Below, one piece after another: positions 33,379 through 43,949 of a DNA stretch of 64,000 bases. The notes below the pieces were generated by a model. That model was not told the origin of the DNA and searched no databases. It saw only the letters and a program-made list of their open reading frames with translations. Location: NCBI RefSeq assembly GCF_000142905.1, contig NW_013657644.1, positions 115,697 to 179,696 on the forward strand. The letters are read 5' to 3'. How positions within the stretch are numbered: position 1 is the first letter of the stretch; each line of letters opens with the position of its first letter. The position numbers were made by a program, and so were the translations under genes. The stretch is from Thecamonas trahens ATCC 50062. Taxonomy: Eukaryota; Protista; Apusomonadida.

Positions 33379-33747
33379 TGCCAACGATCCACTCTACCTG
33401 CCTGTGCTCAGTACGCTGCCTGCCCACGATCACACGGCACACTGCCTGCCCACGATCCACTCTACCTGCCCGTGCTCAGTACGCTGCCTGCCCACGATCA
33501 CACGGCACACTGCCTGCACACCCACGATCACACGGCACACTGCCTGCCCACGATCCACTCTACCTGCCTGTGCTCAGTACGCTGCCTGCACACGATCACA
33601 CGGCACGCTGCATACCCACGATCCACTCTACCTGCCTGTGCTCAGTACGCTGCCTGCCCACGATCACACGGCACGCTGCCTGCACACGATCACACGACAC
33701 ACTGCCTCCCCACGATCACACGGCACACTGCCTGCCCACGATCACAC
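33379..33747. repeat. Compound minisatellite of interleaved ~42-bp and ~26-bp units
   Basis: Units CACGATCCACTCTACCTGCCTGTGCTCAGTACGCTGCCTGCC and CACGATCACACGGCACACTGCCTGCC alternate. Confidence 0.9.
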
Positions 33748-34021
33748 TAACAATCACGATAGCCAAGCCCTCCCCCCTTTGTCCCAAACACATCAGACAT
33801 GTCCACCACTTTTCCCGAGTGTGTACATGTGTATGCGCTGCAGGTGGTAGACTGCCGCAGGTGTGACTCCGTCAGAACCATTCTTTGCAAGCTACTCGAA
33901 TTGGCATGCGCACGAGCAAGTGCACCTCCCCCCTCCCCCCCCTTCCCCTCCCCTGACCACTCCACTCCTCCTCCACCACCACCACCACTACCAACACTGC
34001 CACATACACTTCTTCACTCAC

Positions 34022-37000
34022 ATGGTGGTGTTCGGTGCTCCTTTTGAGAACCTCACCGCAGATACCAATGGTGTGCCATGGGTCGTCAAGTCAGCCGTCC
34101 GTGCGGCGTTGGCAAGTACGTATACAGACAGTGACGACGACTGCCACAGCCACAGCCATAACCACAGCCATAACCACCTCTGTCACCGCCTCTCCTTCAA
34201 CTAACTCTCCCTCCCTTTTCTCCTTATCCATCCCCCCCCCCCCTCCCCCCTCCCCTCCCGCCCGGCCAGACCTCTCGGCTTCAAACATTCTCGCGCCGCC
34301 AACAGAGGCGCTGACGGCGCCACTGACGGCTCTTCTTGATGACATTGATGCGGCTGGTGGCGATGATGGGGATGAAGCTGGTGAGAGGCAGAAGGCGGTC
34401 GAGCATGCGCTGGAAAGGCTTCATTCGTGTGCGCCGTTTGTGGTCCTGCAACGGTGGCTTTCGGCGCTGCCGCGTCCGCTGATGACCCGTGCGGCGGCGG
34501 CCAAGCTGATGCGCCAGCAGCTGACGCCCGCCGCCATGCGGTCGGTGGTCTGGGGCGTGCCTGCCGCGCGGCGAAACACGCTAACGCTTGTGCTTCTGCT
34601 TGTCTCCAAAGCTATCGATAATAGCGCCAGCAACGGGGCGACGCTGGCGTCGGCAGTGGCGTGGCTAGCGCCGCTGCTCCTGCATCCGAGTCGTGAGCAA
34701 GGCGAGGCCGCGCGGCTGGCGACCAGCGCGCTCCTGGTCTTTGCCGAGGGCATTCTCACCGAGCAGCCTGCAGTTGTTGCGGCGCTGCCCAACGCAGCGC
34801 TGGACCCATCGCTGGAGGGCCTGCTGCTTGCGGCAGCCGGGCGATACGCCGAGGCAACCAAGACTGCCGCCGGCGACAGCGTGGCCGTCCGCGGCGGGCG
34901 CGGGCCGATGCCGACAGACCTGCCCTCGGGCTGGGAGGCACACTATGACGAAAACTACGGGCGGTACGTGTATGTCAACACGGCGACCAATGCGACGTCG
35001 TGGACGCTGCCAGAGGCCGCTGCGTCGATCCACGCGTCTGTGGCGCTCCTGGATGCCGCATCCGACTCGGGCGCCGAGTCCGGCGCGGCGTCGAACGAGA
35101 ACCACAGCAAGCAGCATGGCGTCGATGCGCGGGAGACGGTGGCCACACTCAAGCAGGCATTAGATGCACTCGGAAGCGGCGACGCGGACGCGCTCGATGT
35201 GGAAGCGTTTAAGGCTGCCATGCTTGCGCCTGGCTTTCCCATCGTGGCCACGGCCTCGCAGGTGTTCAAGGTCTCCGAGGCCGCCAGCCTTGTCGACACG
35301 CTGGTGACGCTATTTATGGACTCGGGCGACATGATCGAGCTCATCCGGATGGTAGTGACATGCGAAGTCGACGTCACCCTCTCGCCGGGCACGCTCTTCC
35401 GTGGCAACTCGATGTCGACCAAGCTCATGGTGGCGTATACCAAGCGAATTTGCGGTCGGTACCTGGAGCAGACGTTCACGCCAGTCTTGCGGCTACTGGC
35501 CGACGCGGTCGAGGCAGCAGGCGAAGCTGGTCTCGAAGTAGATCCGAGCAAGACCAAGGTCAAGTCGAAGAAGATCCGGGCCAACCTAGCGACGCTCCAC
35601 GAGATGGCTCAGCACTTTCTGGACAGTCTCTTCACCTCTGTCCGCGATATGCCGCGCGAGATGCGCGAGGTGGCACACCTGCTTCACCGCGCCACGTCGC
35701 GCAAGTTTCCACAGATGCGGTCGATTGCCGTTGGTGGGTACATCTTTCTCCGCATTGTCTGCCCGTTCCTCAACGCGCCGTCCTCGTGGCCGGTCCACCT
35801 CGAGCTGGATGTGACTGAGCCACGGCTCCGCAGCTCCCTGCTGGCCATTTCCAAGACGCTGCAGAATTTGGCCAACGGCGTGCGATTCACGTCGACCAAG
35901 CCGCATCTGCTGCCGCTCAACGCGTTCATTGATGCAAATGTCTCGTCGATCACCCAGTTCTTTGACGAGGTGGCGGTTGTGCCTAAGAGCGCGACATCGG
36001 CGCGATCGGTTCACCTCGGTGCCCTGGCTGCCAAGGAGGAAGAGGCCGGATGGCGAAAGTTGGCCGGCATTGTGGCCAAAGACGCCGACAAGCTGCGCGC
36101 GTACCTGGCCGAGCTGTACGAGGCTGTGGGCGACGACGGCGACGGTGGATTTGAGCGGGGCAACTCGCTCAGCGGGCTGAGCATGGGTAGCGACGACGAT
36201 GACGAGCTCGACTTTGATGGCGGCCCGGTCTTTGGTGCCACGCTGCAGCAGCTGCTGATGGACGACGAGCTGACCGGCGACGTCGACGCGAGCGATGGAC
36301 TTCCTCAGAACGTGCCGCGGGTGCTGGAGGCGTGGCTTGTGTGGCTGACGCACCAGGAGGTGGCCCGCCTCGACGGGGTTTTTGAGCGCAACCCGCCGTT
36401 CTACCGGGTCGCGCAGCTGCAGCGGGTGATGGAGGCGATCAATGCGGGCAAGCGGCCGGTGTTCGACCCGAGCGCCGACCCTGTCGACGTAGTCTGGCTG
36501 GTCAAGACCTTTTTCAACGAACTCTCGGTCCCGCTCCTCGACGCCTCGCTGATGGTTCCGCTCGACGCTCTGGTGGGCGATCTGCCGTATGCCGCATCGA
36601 TTGGCTCCGAGCTCAAGGTCTTTGCAGACGTGCTGGGTCGGCTGGCGCAGGCGCACCGGTCGACGGCGCGGGCAGTGTGCACGGTCCTGCACCGGGTTGC
36701 TAGCGCGCCCGAGGCCGGAGCGTCCAGCCCGTCCTCGCTCGGCGAAGTCTTCGGCCCCGTCTGGCTGCGGGCCTCGCAGGGCCACATCATTTCATCGGAC
36801 ATTTACGACATGGTGACTGCTTTGGCGGCAACGCTTATTGCGGTCCCGCAGCTGCTCGCCGACAGCGCCGAGGCGCGTGCCAAGGCTCTGGACGCGCTCT
36901 CGGCTGCAGAGCTCCGCGCACTGCCGATTGTCGAGATGGCGATGGCCAAGGCCGATGGCGGGCACGACGACGTCGAGGTCGCGACTGCGCGGCAGCTGCT

Positions 37001-37166
37001 GCGCGGCCTGCAGAGCGAGACGACGGCGTCGGTGGAGCGGCTGGTGGGCCGGCTGCAGGCGCTGGCGGGCATTGTCGACAGCCTGCCGTCAGAGGCTTCG
37101 GTCCGTGCGGTGGGGCGGATGGCCGACATCATGCACGGCATGCTCGACGACGAGACCGAGGTGTAA
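34022..37166 (+). CDS. RhoGAP-like / WW / RasGAP / RhoGAP-like multidomain protein; exons 34022-34115 and 34270-37166
   Basis: Intron GTACGT...AACTAAC...CAG. WW domain LPSGWEAHYD...YVYVN..T.ATSWTLP. RasGAP LFRGNS and GGYIFLRIVCP. RhoGAP-like VFGATL...VPRVL...LVKTFFNELSVPLL. Confidence 0.85.
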
Positions 37167-37168
37167 AG

Positions 37169-38514
37169 TCACGAGATGGCGCCGATGCGGTTGACGGCCT
37201 CGCCAGCGGCCCCACCCGACACCGTGGTGTACGCTGTTGCCGGCCGCGGGACGACTGTGGTGGTGCAAAACGGCGAAAGAAGGAGCGGCGGTGGAATGAT
37301 GACCGAGCGCGCGTGCCAGTGCTCAGCGAGGGCGGTAAAGAGCTGAGAGGCAGCATCCGAGACGTAGGTGATGACCCGGACCACGCCCGACCCGAAACGC
37401 CTGGTCTGGTTCGAGACCACCAGATAGATGCCTGGCGAGGCCGTCGGCAGGTCGTAGACGACCAGCCACGAGGCGGTCATGGTGCCGGGCTGCAGGAGCG
37501 CGGCGTGCGAGGCGACGACAACCGCTGGTGGCGCTGCCTGTCCTGAAGTGCTGTGAGACGGAAAGGCCAGGGCGCGCTCCGCAGCACTGGACGAGCTCGT
37601 GAGCGAGGCAGTGTCCAGGCCGGTAATCTTGGCGAGGTGCTTGGCGAGGATCGGTGCGCCGAGCTCGGTATCGATGGCAACAACCAGCGGGCCTGAGCGG
37701 TGCTGACCGGCGTGAAGCGTCTTGAACCGACGGGCGAGCTCGTCGAGCTGCTTCAGCTTTGTCTTTTCCTCGACCCAGACCACCGACTCGGCGACAGTGT
37801 GGCCGTCGGCAGCCGCAGTCTTGACGGCAGCCGTCTCGGCGTCGGCGGCCTCGGGCAGGGCAGCGCGGAAGGCGCTGGCGCCGGCGATGAGCAGCTGGCT
37901 ACCGCGTGAAACCGGAAGCCGCGGGCGCTTCGACGCCCCGGCAGTGCTCTCGGTGGCGTCTTCGGCCGCCGGCCGCTTGCGCTTGAGCGAGCTGGGATCG
38001 AGTGCCGGCGCAGCAGCGTCAGCACCGCTCGCCAGTGTCGTGGCGCCGCCGACAGTGGTGGTCGCCAGCGGGGCCGAGCTGGCCAGCGCCGCGGAGGCCT
38101 TTGCAGCGGCAGCAGCGCGAGCGCGGCCGACGCCCTCGATGCACGGCCCGTGCTGAGGATCAACCTGGGTGCCGGCAAAGAACGCATCGTACGCCTCCTC
38201 GGGCCGGTCGAGAAACATGAGAGCGGTGCCCTTGCGAGAGTAGCCCTTGGGCCAGTCAGGTTTGAGAGCGATGACGGTCTCAGCATCGGCCAGAGCCTTC
38301 CCGTGCTCGCCGAGCTTGGCATACGCCGCCGCCCGATTGGAGTACAGCACATGGTACGATCCATCGGCTGCGATGCCGCGGGTGTAGTGACCCACCGCCG
38401 ACTCGTAGTCACCGATCTGGAACATGAGTCCCCCGGCTTCCTTGGCCTCGAGCGCCTGAGGGATGGTTGGGGTGGTTGGAGTGTGGTTGTGGTGAGTTAG
38501 AGTCGCAGTCCCCC

Positions 38515-38563
<49 letters not shown>

Positions 38564-38641
38564 GAGGATACTCTCCCTCTCCCTCTCTCCCTCCCTTTCT
38601 CATACCTTGGCTCTGTCGCCCCTTGCTCCCGTCGCAGCCAT
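37169..38641 (-). CDS. STI1-type TPR domain fused to a degenerate DEAD-box helicase C-terminal (DDX59-like) domain; exons 38641-38606 and 38455-37169
   Basis: Intron GTATGA...AACTCAC...CAG. TPR LYSNRAAAY...PDWPKGYSRKG. C-terminal half resembles the DDX59 RecA2 domain. Confidence 0.7.
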
Positions 38642-38929
38642 ATCCACCAATCGCTAGCAAGAGATGGGTGGTGGTCGATACAGATGGCAGAGGCTACGGG
38701 CGGCAGGACAGTGGGGGCGGGGGGCGGGGGGCGGGGACGGGCAGTGGGGCCGGGCCGGCAGCAGGCAGCAGGCAGCGGGCAGCGGGCAGCAGGCAGCGGG
38801 CAAGGGATACGGCTGGCTGGCAGGTTGGTCAACAAACGATTGTTGAGGATTATTTCTCGTTCACGCAATGGAGCCTGTAGTGGCAGCCGTCGAGTGCAAT
38901 CGTGTTCAGACAGTCACTCGACTACAGTC

Positions 38930-40803
38930 ATGGCGGCGACCCCTTCCACGACAGAGCGGATTGTCGACTGCCCTCCGCCAGTCACCACCAAGCTGGACTC
39001 GAGCAAGCTCTGGGGTGCTGATGACAAGCCTAATGTCGACCTTCTCAAGGACCACTTCTATGCTGAGGGTACGCCTCCCCCCCCCCCCCTCCCCCCCCCC
39101 CCCCCCCCACTCCCTCTCGTCTGGCCCGCCGATCCCGTCCGCCGTTTGGTCGTTTGTCGGGGGAGGCGGAGAACACTGGCGGTGTGTGTGTTCCTTTTCC
39201 CGACCTCATATCACCTTGGCTAGCTCCGTTGCTCAGTCCATCCACAGGCTCGTACAGATGTGGGAGAGTACCACACAATTGTGCTTCCCATGTGCCAGTT
39301 TCGAGTCGTCTGCTATGCAGCTAGAGCCCATGCCAGTCCCTCCCCTCTTCCCCCCCCCCTGCCCGCTGGCCCGTGGTGGGCCGCGGTCCGCGCGGTTTTT
39401 TTTGGCGCTGGCGTGGGGAAGCGGGAGAGGCGAGCCGGGGGAGGGGGGCGAGGGGACAGTAGTGGGCCATGTGGAGGAGGACTTACGGAGCGAGCGAGTG
39501 CGTGGTGAATACAGGGCGGTTGCACAAGGAGGATTGCATGAAGCTCATTGCGCGGACGTCTGCGCTGTGGCGGGCAGAGCCGAACCTGCTGCATGTGGCG
39601 GCACCGGTGACGGTCTGCGGCGATGTGCACGGGCAGTACTACGACCTGCTGAAGCTGTTCGAGGTGGGAGGCGATCCGGCCAAGACGCGGTACCTGTTCC
39701 TTGGCGACTACGTGGACCGCGGATACTTTTCGTGCGAGGTCATCCTGTACCTGATGGCCATGAAGCTGCTGTACCCAGAGACGATGTTCATGCTGCGGGG
39801 CAACCACGAGTGCCGGCATCTGACCGACTACTTTACGTTCAAGGAAGAGTGCCACCACAAGTACGACGAGGAGGTTTACGACGCGTTCATGAACGCGTTT
39901 GACTGCCTCCCGCTGGCGGCGATCATGAACAAGCAGTTCTTCTGCGTTCACGGTGGTCTCTCGCCGGACATCCAGACGATCAAGGACCTGGAGGAGATCG
40001 ACCGCTTCCGCGAGCCACCCAACCATGGGCCGATGTGCGACCTGCTGTGGGCCGACCCGCTGGAGAAGTTTGACACTGACATGCACTCGCCGCCGTTCCC
40101 GCCCAACACGGCGCGCGGGTGCTCGTACAACTTTACCTACGCCGCGGCCTGCCACTTTCTGGAGACCAACCACTTGCTCTCCATCATTCGCGCGCACGAG
40201 GCACAGGACGAGGGCTACCGCATGTACCGCAAGTCCAAAACCACCGGCTTCCCCACCGTCATCACCATCTTCTCGGCTCCTCACTACCTCGACTCGTACG
40301 GCAACAAGGCTGCGGTGCTCAAGTACGAGACGTCGACCATCAACATTCGCCAGTTCAAGGCGCTGCCGCACCCGTACTGGCTGCCGAACTTTATGAATGT
40401 CTTCACCTGGTCGCTCCCGTTTGTGGCCGAGAAGGTCACCGAGATGCTCCTCGCTCTCATCGAGCTCTGCCACAAGAAGTCGACCGAAGCCGAGGCCGAC
40501 AACGCTGTCCTTGCCGCCGTCGCCGCCCGCCCCACCTCGAAGATTCAGACCGACGGCGAGCGCATGCGCGCAAAGATCCTGGCCGTCGGCCGCCTCGCAC
40601 GCATGTTCTCGGTCCTCCGCGACTCGCACGACACCGTCGTCAAGCTCAAGGGCCTCACCCCTGGCCACAAAATCCCGCAGGGCATGCTCATCCAGGGCAA
40701 GAACGCCATGGAGGATGCCGTCACCCGCTTTGACTCGGCCCGCAAGCTCGACTCGATCAACGAGCGCCGCCCGCCCGTCAACCCGGACGCTCCGGATTCG
40801 TGA
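38930..40803 (+). CDS. PPP3C: Calcineurin A (PP2B catalytic subunit); exons 38930-39068 and 39515-40803
   Basis: GDVHGQ, GDYVDRG, RGNHE motifs. CnB-binding [20 protein letters not shown], CaM-binding [16 protein letters not shown], autoinhibitory [16 protein letters not shown]. Intron GTACGC...GACTTAC...CAG. Confidence 0.96.
39218..39328 (+). ncRNA. Putative structured intronic RNA (long interrupted hairpin)
   Basis: Nested pairings CTAGCT/AGCTAG, GGCTCG/CGAGTC and ATGTGGGAGAGTAC/GTGCTTCCCATGT in a complex-sequence island between C- and G-tracts. Family not recognised. Confidence 0.3.
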
Positions 40804-41050
40804 ACTCTTTCGCACACCGACAGCTGCCACATCCATCGCGAGAGAGAGACGTAGAAAGAAGGAGAGAGAGCAAGGGGTAGTGGTGAATAGCTAAGCACAG
40901 CGCCACAGTCGAGGCGAGGGGCGAGTCCCTTGGTGTGGGCAATCGGAGTAGGCCACGCCACCACTCGTTCCGTCGTCTGCTCGTGGGCGGTCGAGTGGCA
41001 TTCGGCCGGCGGCAGCACCACTTCACACACCGACACACCAGACACAGACC

Positions 41051-42821
41051 ATGTCGTCGACATCGCAAAAGGGCGGACGGGGCGTACTCGGGGCCAAGTG
41101 GCTGTGGCCTGCTGTCGCAGTTGCTGGCGCAGCTTCTGCAGGCCTTGCGTACTACTACTACAAGCTCTACGCCTCGGCATCCTCGGCCAAGGCTTCGGGT
41201 GACAAGGCCGACGGCCTGTCGCGTGGCTTCCTCATCCCTCCGTCGTCGGCCTCTGCGGACGGCTCACCGGCTGCCTCACCGACTGCCTCCTCCTCCTCCA
41301 TCCGGAGGAGCACCTCGGCATCAGGTCTGGCTGGCGCAGTGCCTCAGCCGGCAGACGCTGACCTTTCTCCCCAGCAGCGTGCTGCAGAGGCCATCCGCCA
41401 GAAGGGTACGTCGCGTCGCTGCCGCCGCCACGGCGACCCGATTAGCCGAGTCCGCCCGCTGGCCAATACCGGCATGGGTGGGAAGGGGGGGGGGGGGGGG
41501 GGGGGTCGATCGGGCGACTCACAGATAGATTGGTGGCGTGATGGCGGTCGGGGGATCGGGGGGAGGGGGGGCAGGTAACAATGCGTTCAAGGCAGGCAAG
41601 TTCCGCGAGGCTGTGCAGGCGTACACCGAGGCGCTCTCGCTCGGCCCGCATCCGTACGGGGCTGTGCGGTGCTACACGAACCGGGCGATTGCCGAGACGC
41701 GGCTGAAGGAGTGGGATGCGGCGCTGGTCGACGCCATGATGGCGACGACAGCGGACCCCGAGTTCTCCAAGGCGTACTACATGGCCGGGCAGGCGTATAT
41801 GGGCCTCGGGCTCCCGCACCGGGCAGCTGGCATGTTTGCCACCGCCAAGGAGAAGAGCGGCGGCAAGAAGGCGCAGGCCGATGCCGAGAAGCAGCGGGCG
41901 GCTGCTGCCGAAAAGGCCGCAGCCATGACCGCCGAGGAGGTCAAGGCTGCCGAGGACAGCGTGTACGCCGCCCGCGACGCTGCCATCTCTGCTTTGCTCA
42001 AAGCCGCCGAGGCCGGCATGATCGGTTCAAACAAGACCGTGGCCGACTACAACAACGCCACCGGCATGCTTCTCAAGGCGCTGATGATGGGCGAGCTGGA
42101 CGACTACAAGAACAATGCGCTCAAGGCCGACGTCATCCGCCTCCTCGGCCGCTCACACTTTCTGGCCCAGCGGTTCCAGGCCGCGGCCGAGATGTACTCG
42201 GCACACATGGGCCTTGCGCAGATGGTCAAGGACGCTGGCGCGCCTGCCGGCGCCGACGCCGGCGAGGTCTCGGCCACCGGCGCCCGGTGGGACGCCGACA
42301 TCCAGGAGTCCAAGTTCTTCCTGGCCCAATCGCTCCGTGCTCTCGGCGCCAACCGCGACGACATTATCCGCCTCCTCACCGACGCTGCCAACGGCCCGGT
42401 CCCTTCGCTCAAGACCCGCGCCTCGACCGAGCTGATCAAGGTCTACAAGACCATGCGCGCTGCCGAGGCCGACGGCTCGGACAAGGCCCTCGAGCTCGAT
42501 GCCCTCATCGCCTCACTCGACGTCGATGTTGCCAAGCCGAGCGTTGAGCTTGAGCTCGAGGCCGAGACTGAGGCCGAGGCTAAGACCGAGACCGACGCTG
42601 CCGCCGCCGCTGACGCCGCCGCTGAGACCGAGACCGAGGTCGACGCTGACGCCGACGCTGACGCCGCCGCTGAAACCGAGACCGAGACCGAGGCCGAGGC
42701 CGACGCTGACGCCGCCGCTGAGACCGAGGCCGAGACCGACGCTGACGCCGACGCTGACGCCGCCGCTGAGACCGAGGTTGATGGAGCTGTGTCCGAGGTC
42801 GAGGACGAGGACGCCGAGTAA
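41051..42821 (+). CDS. N-terminally anchored TPR protein (Tom70/TOM receptor-like) with acidic repeat tail; exons 41051-41405 and 41575-42821
   Basis: Signal-anchor WLWPAVAVAGAASAGLAYYYYK. Intron GTACGT...GACTCAC...CAG restores the TPR EAIRQKGNNAFKAGKFREAVQAYTEAL...YTNRA. Confidence 0.65.
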
Positions 42822-42965
42822 CATTCACAGACACCTACGACAGTCGCTCACAATCCGATGGCTCAGGCAGCGTAGAATGCCATGAGCGCATCGCGCGAGG
42901 CGCCCAGTGCCAGCGGCACTCGGCTGCGATGTCGGAATGGTACATCTCACTCCAATTCGGTCAGC

Positions 42966-43770
42966 ATGGCAACGGCAGCCGAAGCCAACGAGATCCTCAA
43001 CGAGCTGTTTGACGTCTACAACGTGGCCGACGACGCCGGCTCGCTGCAGCAGGCCATCACCTTGAAGGATGAGGCGACCAAGCTGGTTACCCAGGCGAAG
43101 ACAGACATGCGCACTCTCATTCAGAGTACGTCTTCCATTACCCAAGCCCATCCCCCCCCCTCCTCCCTCCAAACATGCCTCAGTCGGCGAGCACCCGCGC
43201 GCGCCAAAATTCAAACTTTGGCACAACGCGACTTGGAAGCAGTGGCAGGAGGACGAGAGGGGGACAGGCATGGCGCGAGGAGGCAGGTAACGGGGAGAGA
43301 CTCACAGAGGTGCCATTGGTGTGTGTGCGCGAAATGGTGTAGAGATGACCAGCGAGGTCAAGGACGCAGAAGGAAGGGTGGAGGACTCGGCAGAGATCCG
43401 TGAGCTGGAGGAGCGGCTGGCCGAGCTGGAGGCGGAGAAGAACGAGCTGGAGGCGGCGGCTGCGGCCAAGGAGTCGACGGTGGCCGAGCTGGAGGCCAAG
43501 CTGACGGCGATCCAGGATGAGGCGCTCGTGCTGCGCGAGCGTAAGGCACAAGTCATGGCCGCACAGAAGAAGGTCTCGCCCAAGGTCGAATACTCGCTCT
43601 CGCTCTTTGCCGAGATCTCCAACATTGAGTGGGACTACGCGGCCGAGACCGTCAAGGGCATTGTCGCCGCAAAGGACGGCATGACAACCAAGCCGTTCAA
43701 CCTCAACCCGTCGCATCACTCCATGTTCTTCATCACCAACTACCTGTGGGAGATTGTTCCCGACGCATGA
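42966..43770 (+). CDS. SPC24: Kinetochore NDC80 complex subunit Spc24; exons 42966-43125 and 43343-43770
   Basis: Coiled coil followed by RWD-like LFAEISNIEWDY...VKGI...FITNYLW (human SKIEWDY...VKGI...FISDYLW). Intron GTACGT...GACTCAC...TAG. Confidence 0.85.
43201..43334. promoter_or_regulatory. Intronic E2F-CHR composite plus MYB and a second E2F motif
   Basis: GCGCCAAAATTCAAA 43201-43215, TAACGG 43288-43293, GCGCGAAA 43327-43334. Confidence 0.45.
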
Positions 43771-43949
43771 TTGGATTCTGCCGCACGAGAACGCGATCAA
43801 TAAACTGTACCATGTTTGCTGCCGTCCGCCCGCCACCCACGGCGCCTACGCTCACTCGATACTACCCCTGCTCACCAGCTGCGAGGAGGATACTGTTCTC
43901 AGCACACACATGTGGAGGCCGCAAGAGCCGAGAACACACTCAACTCAGC

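Noticed and set aside
17822-37166. Functional cluster of small-GTPase regulators (Sec7, RasGEF, RasGAP)
   Set aside because: These are large families interspersed with unrelated genes, with no evidence beyond chance proximity.
39218-39340. Assignment of the intronic hairpin as vault RNA, Y RNA or tRNA
   Set aside because: A/B-box matches are imperfect, there is no adjacent oligo-T terminator, and no cloverleaf can be drawn.
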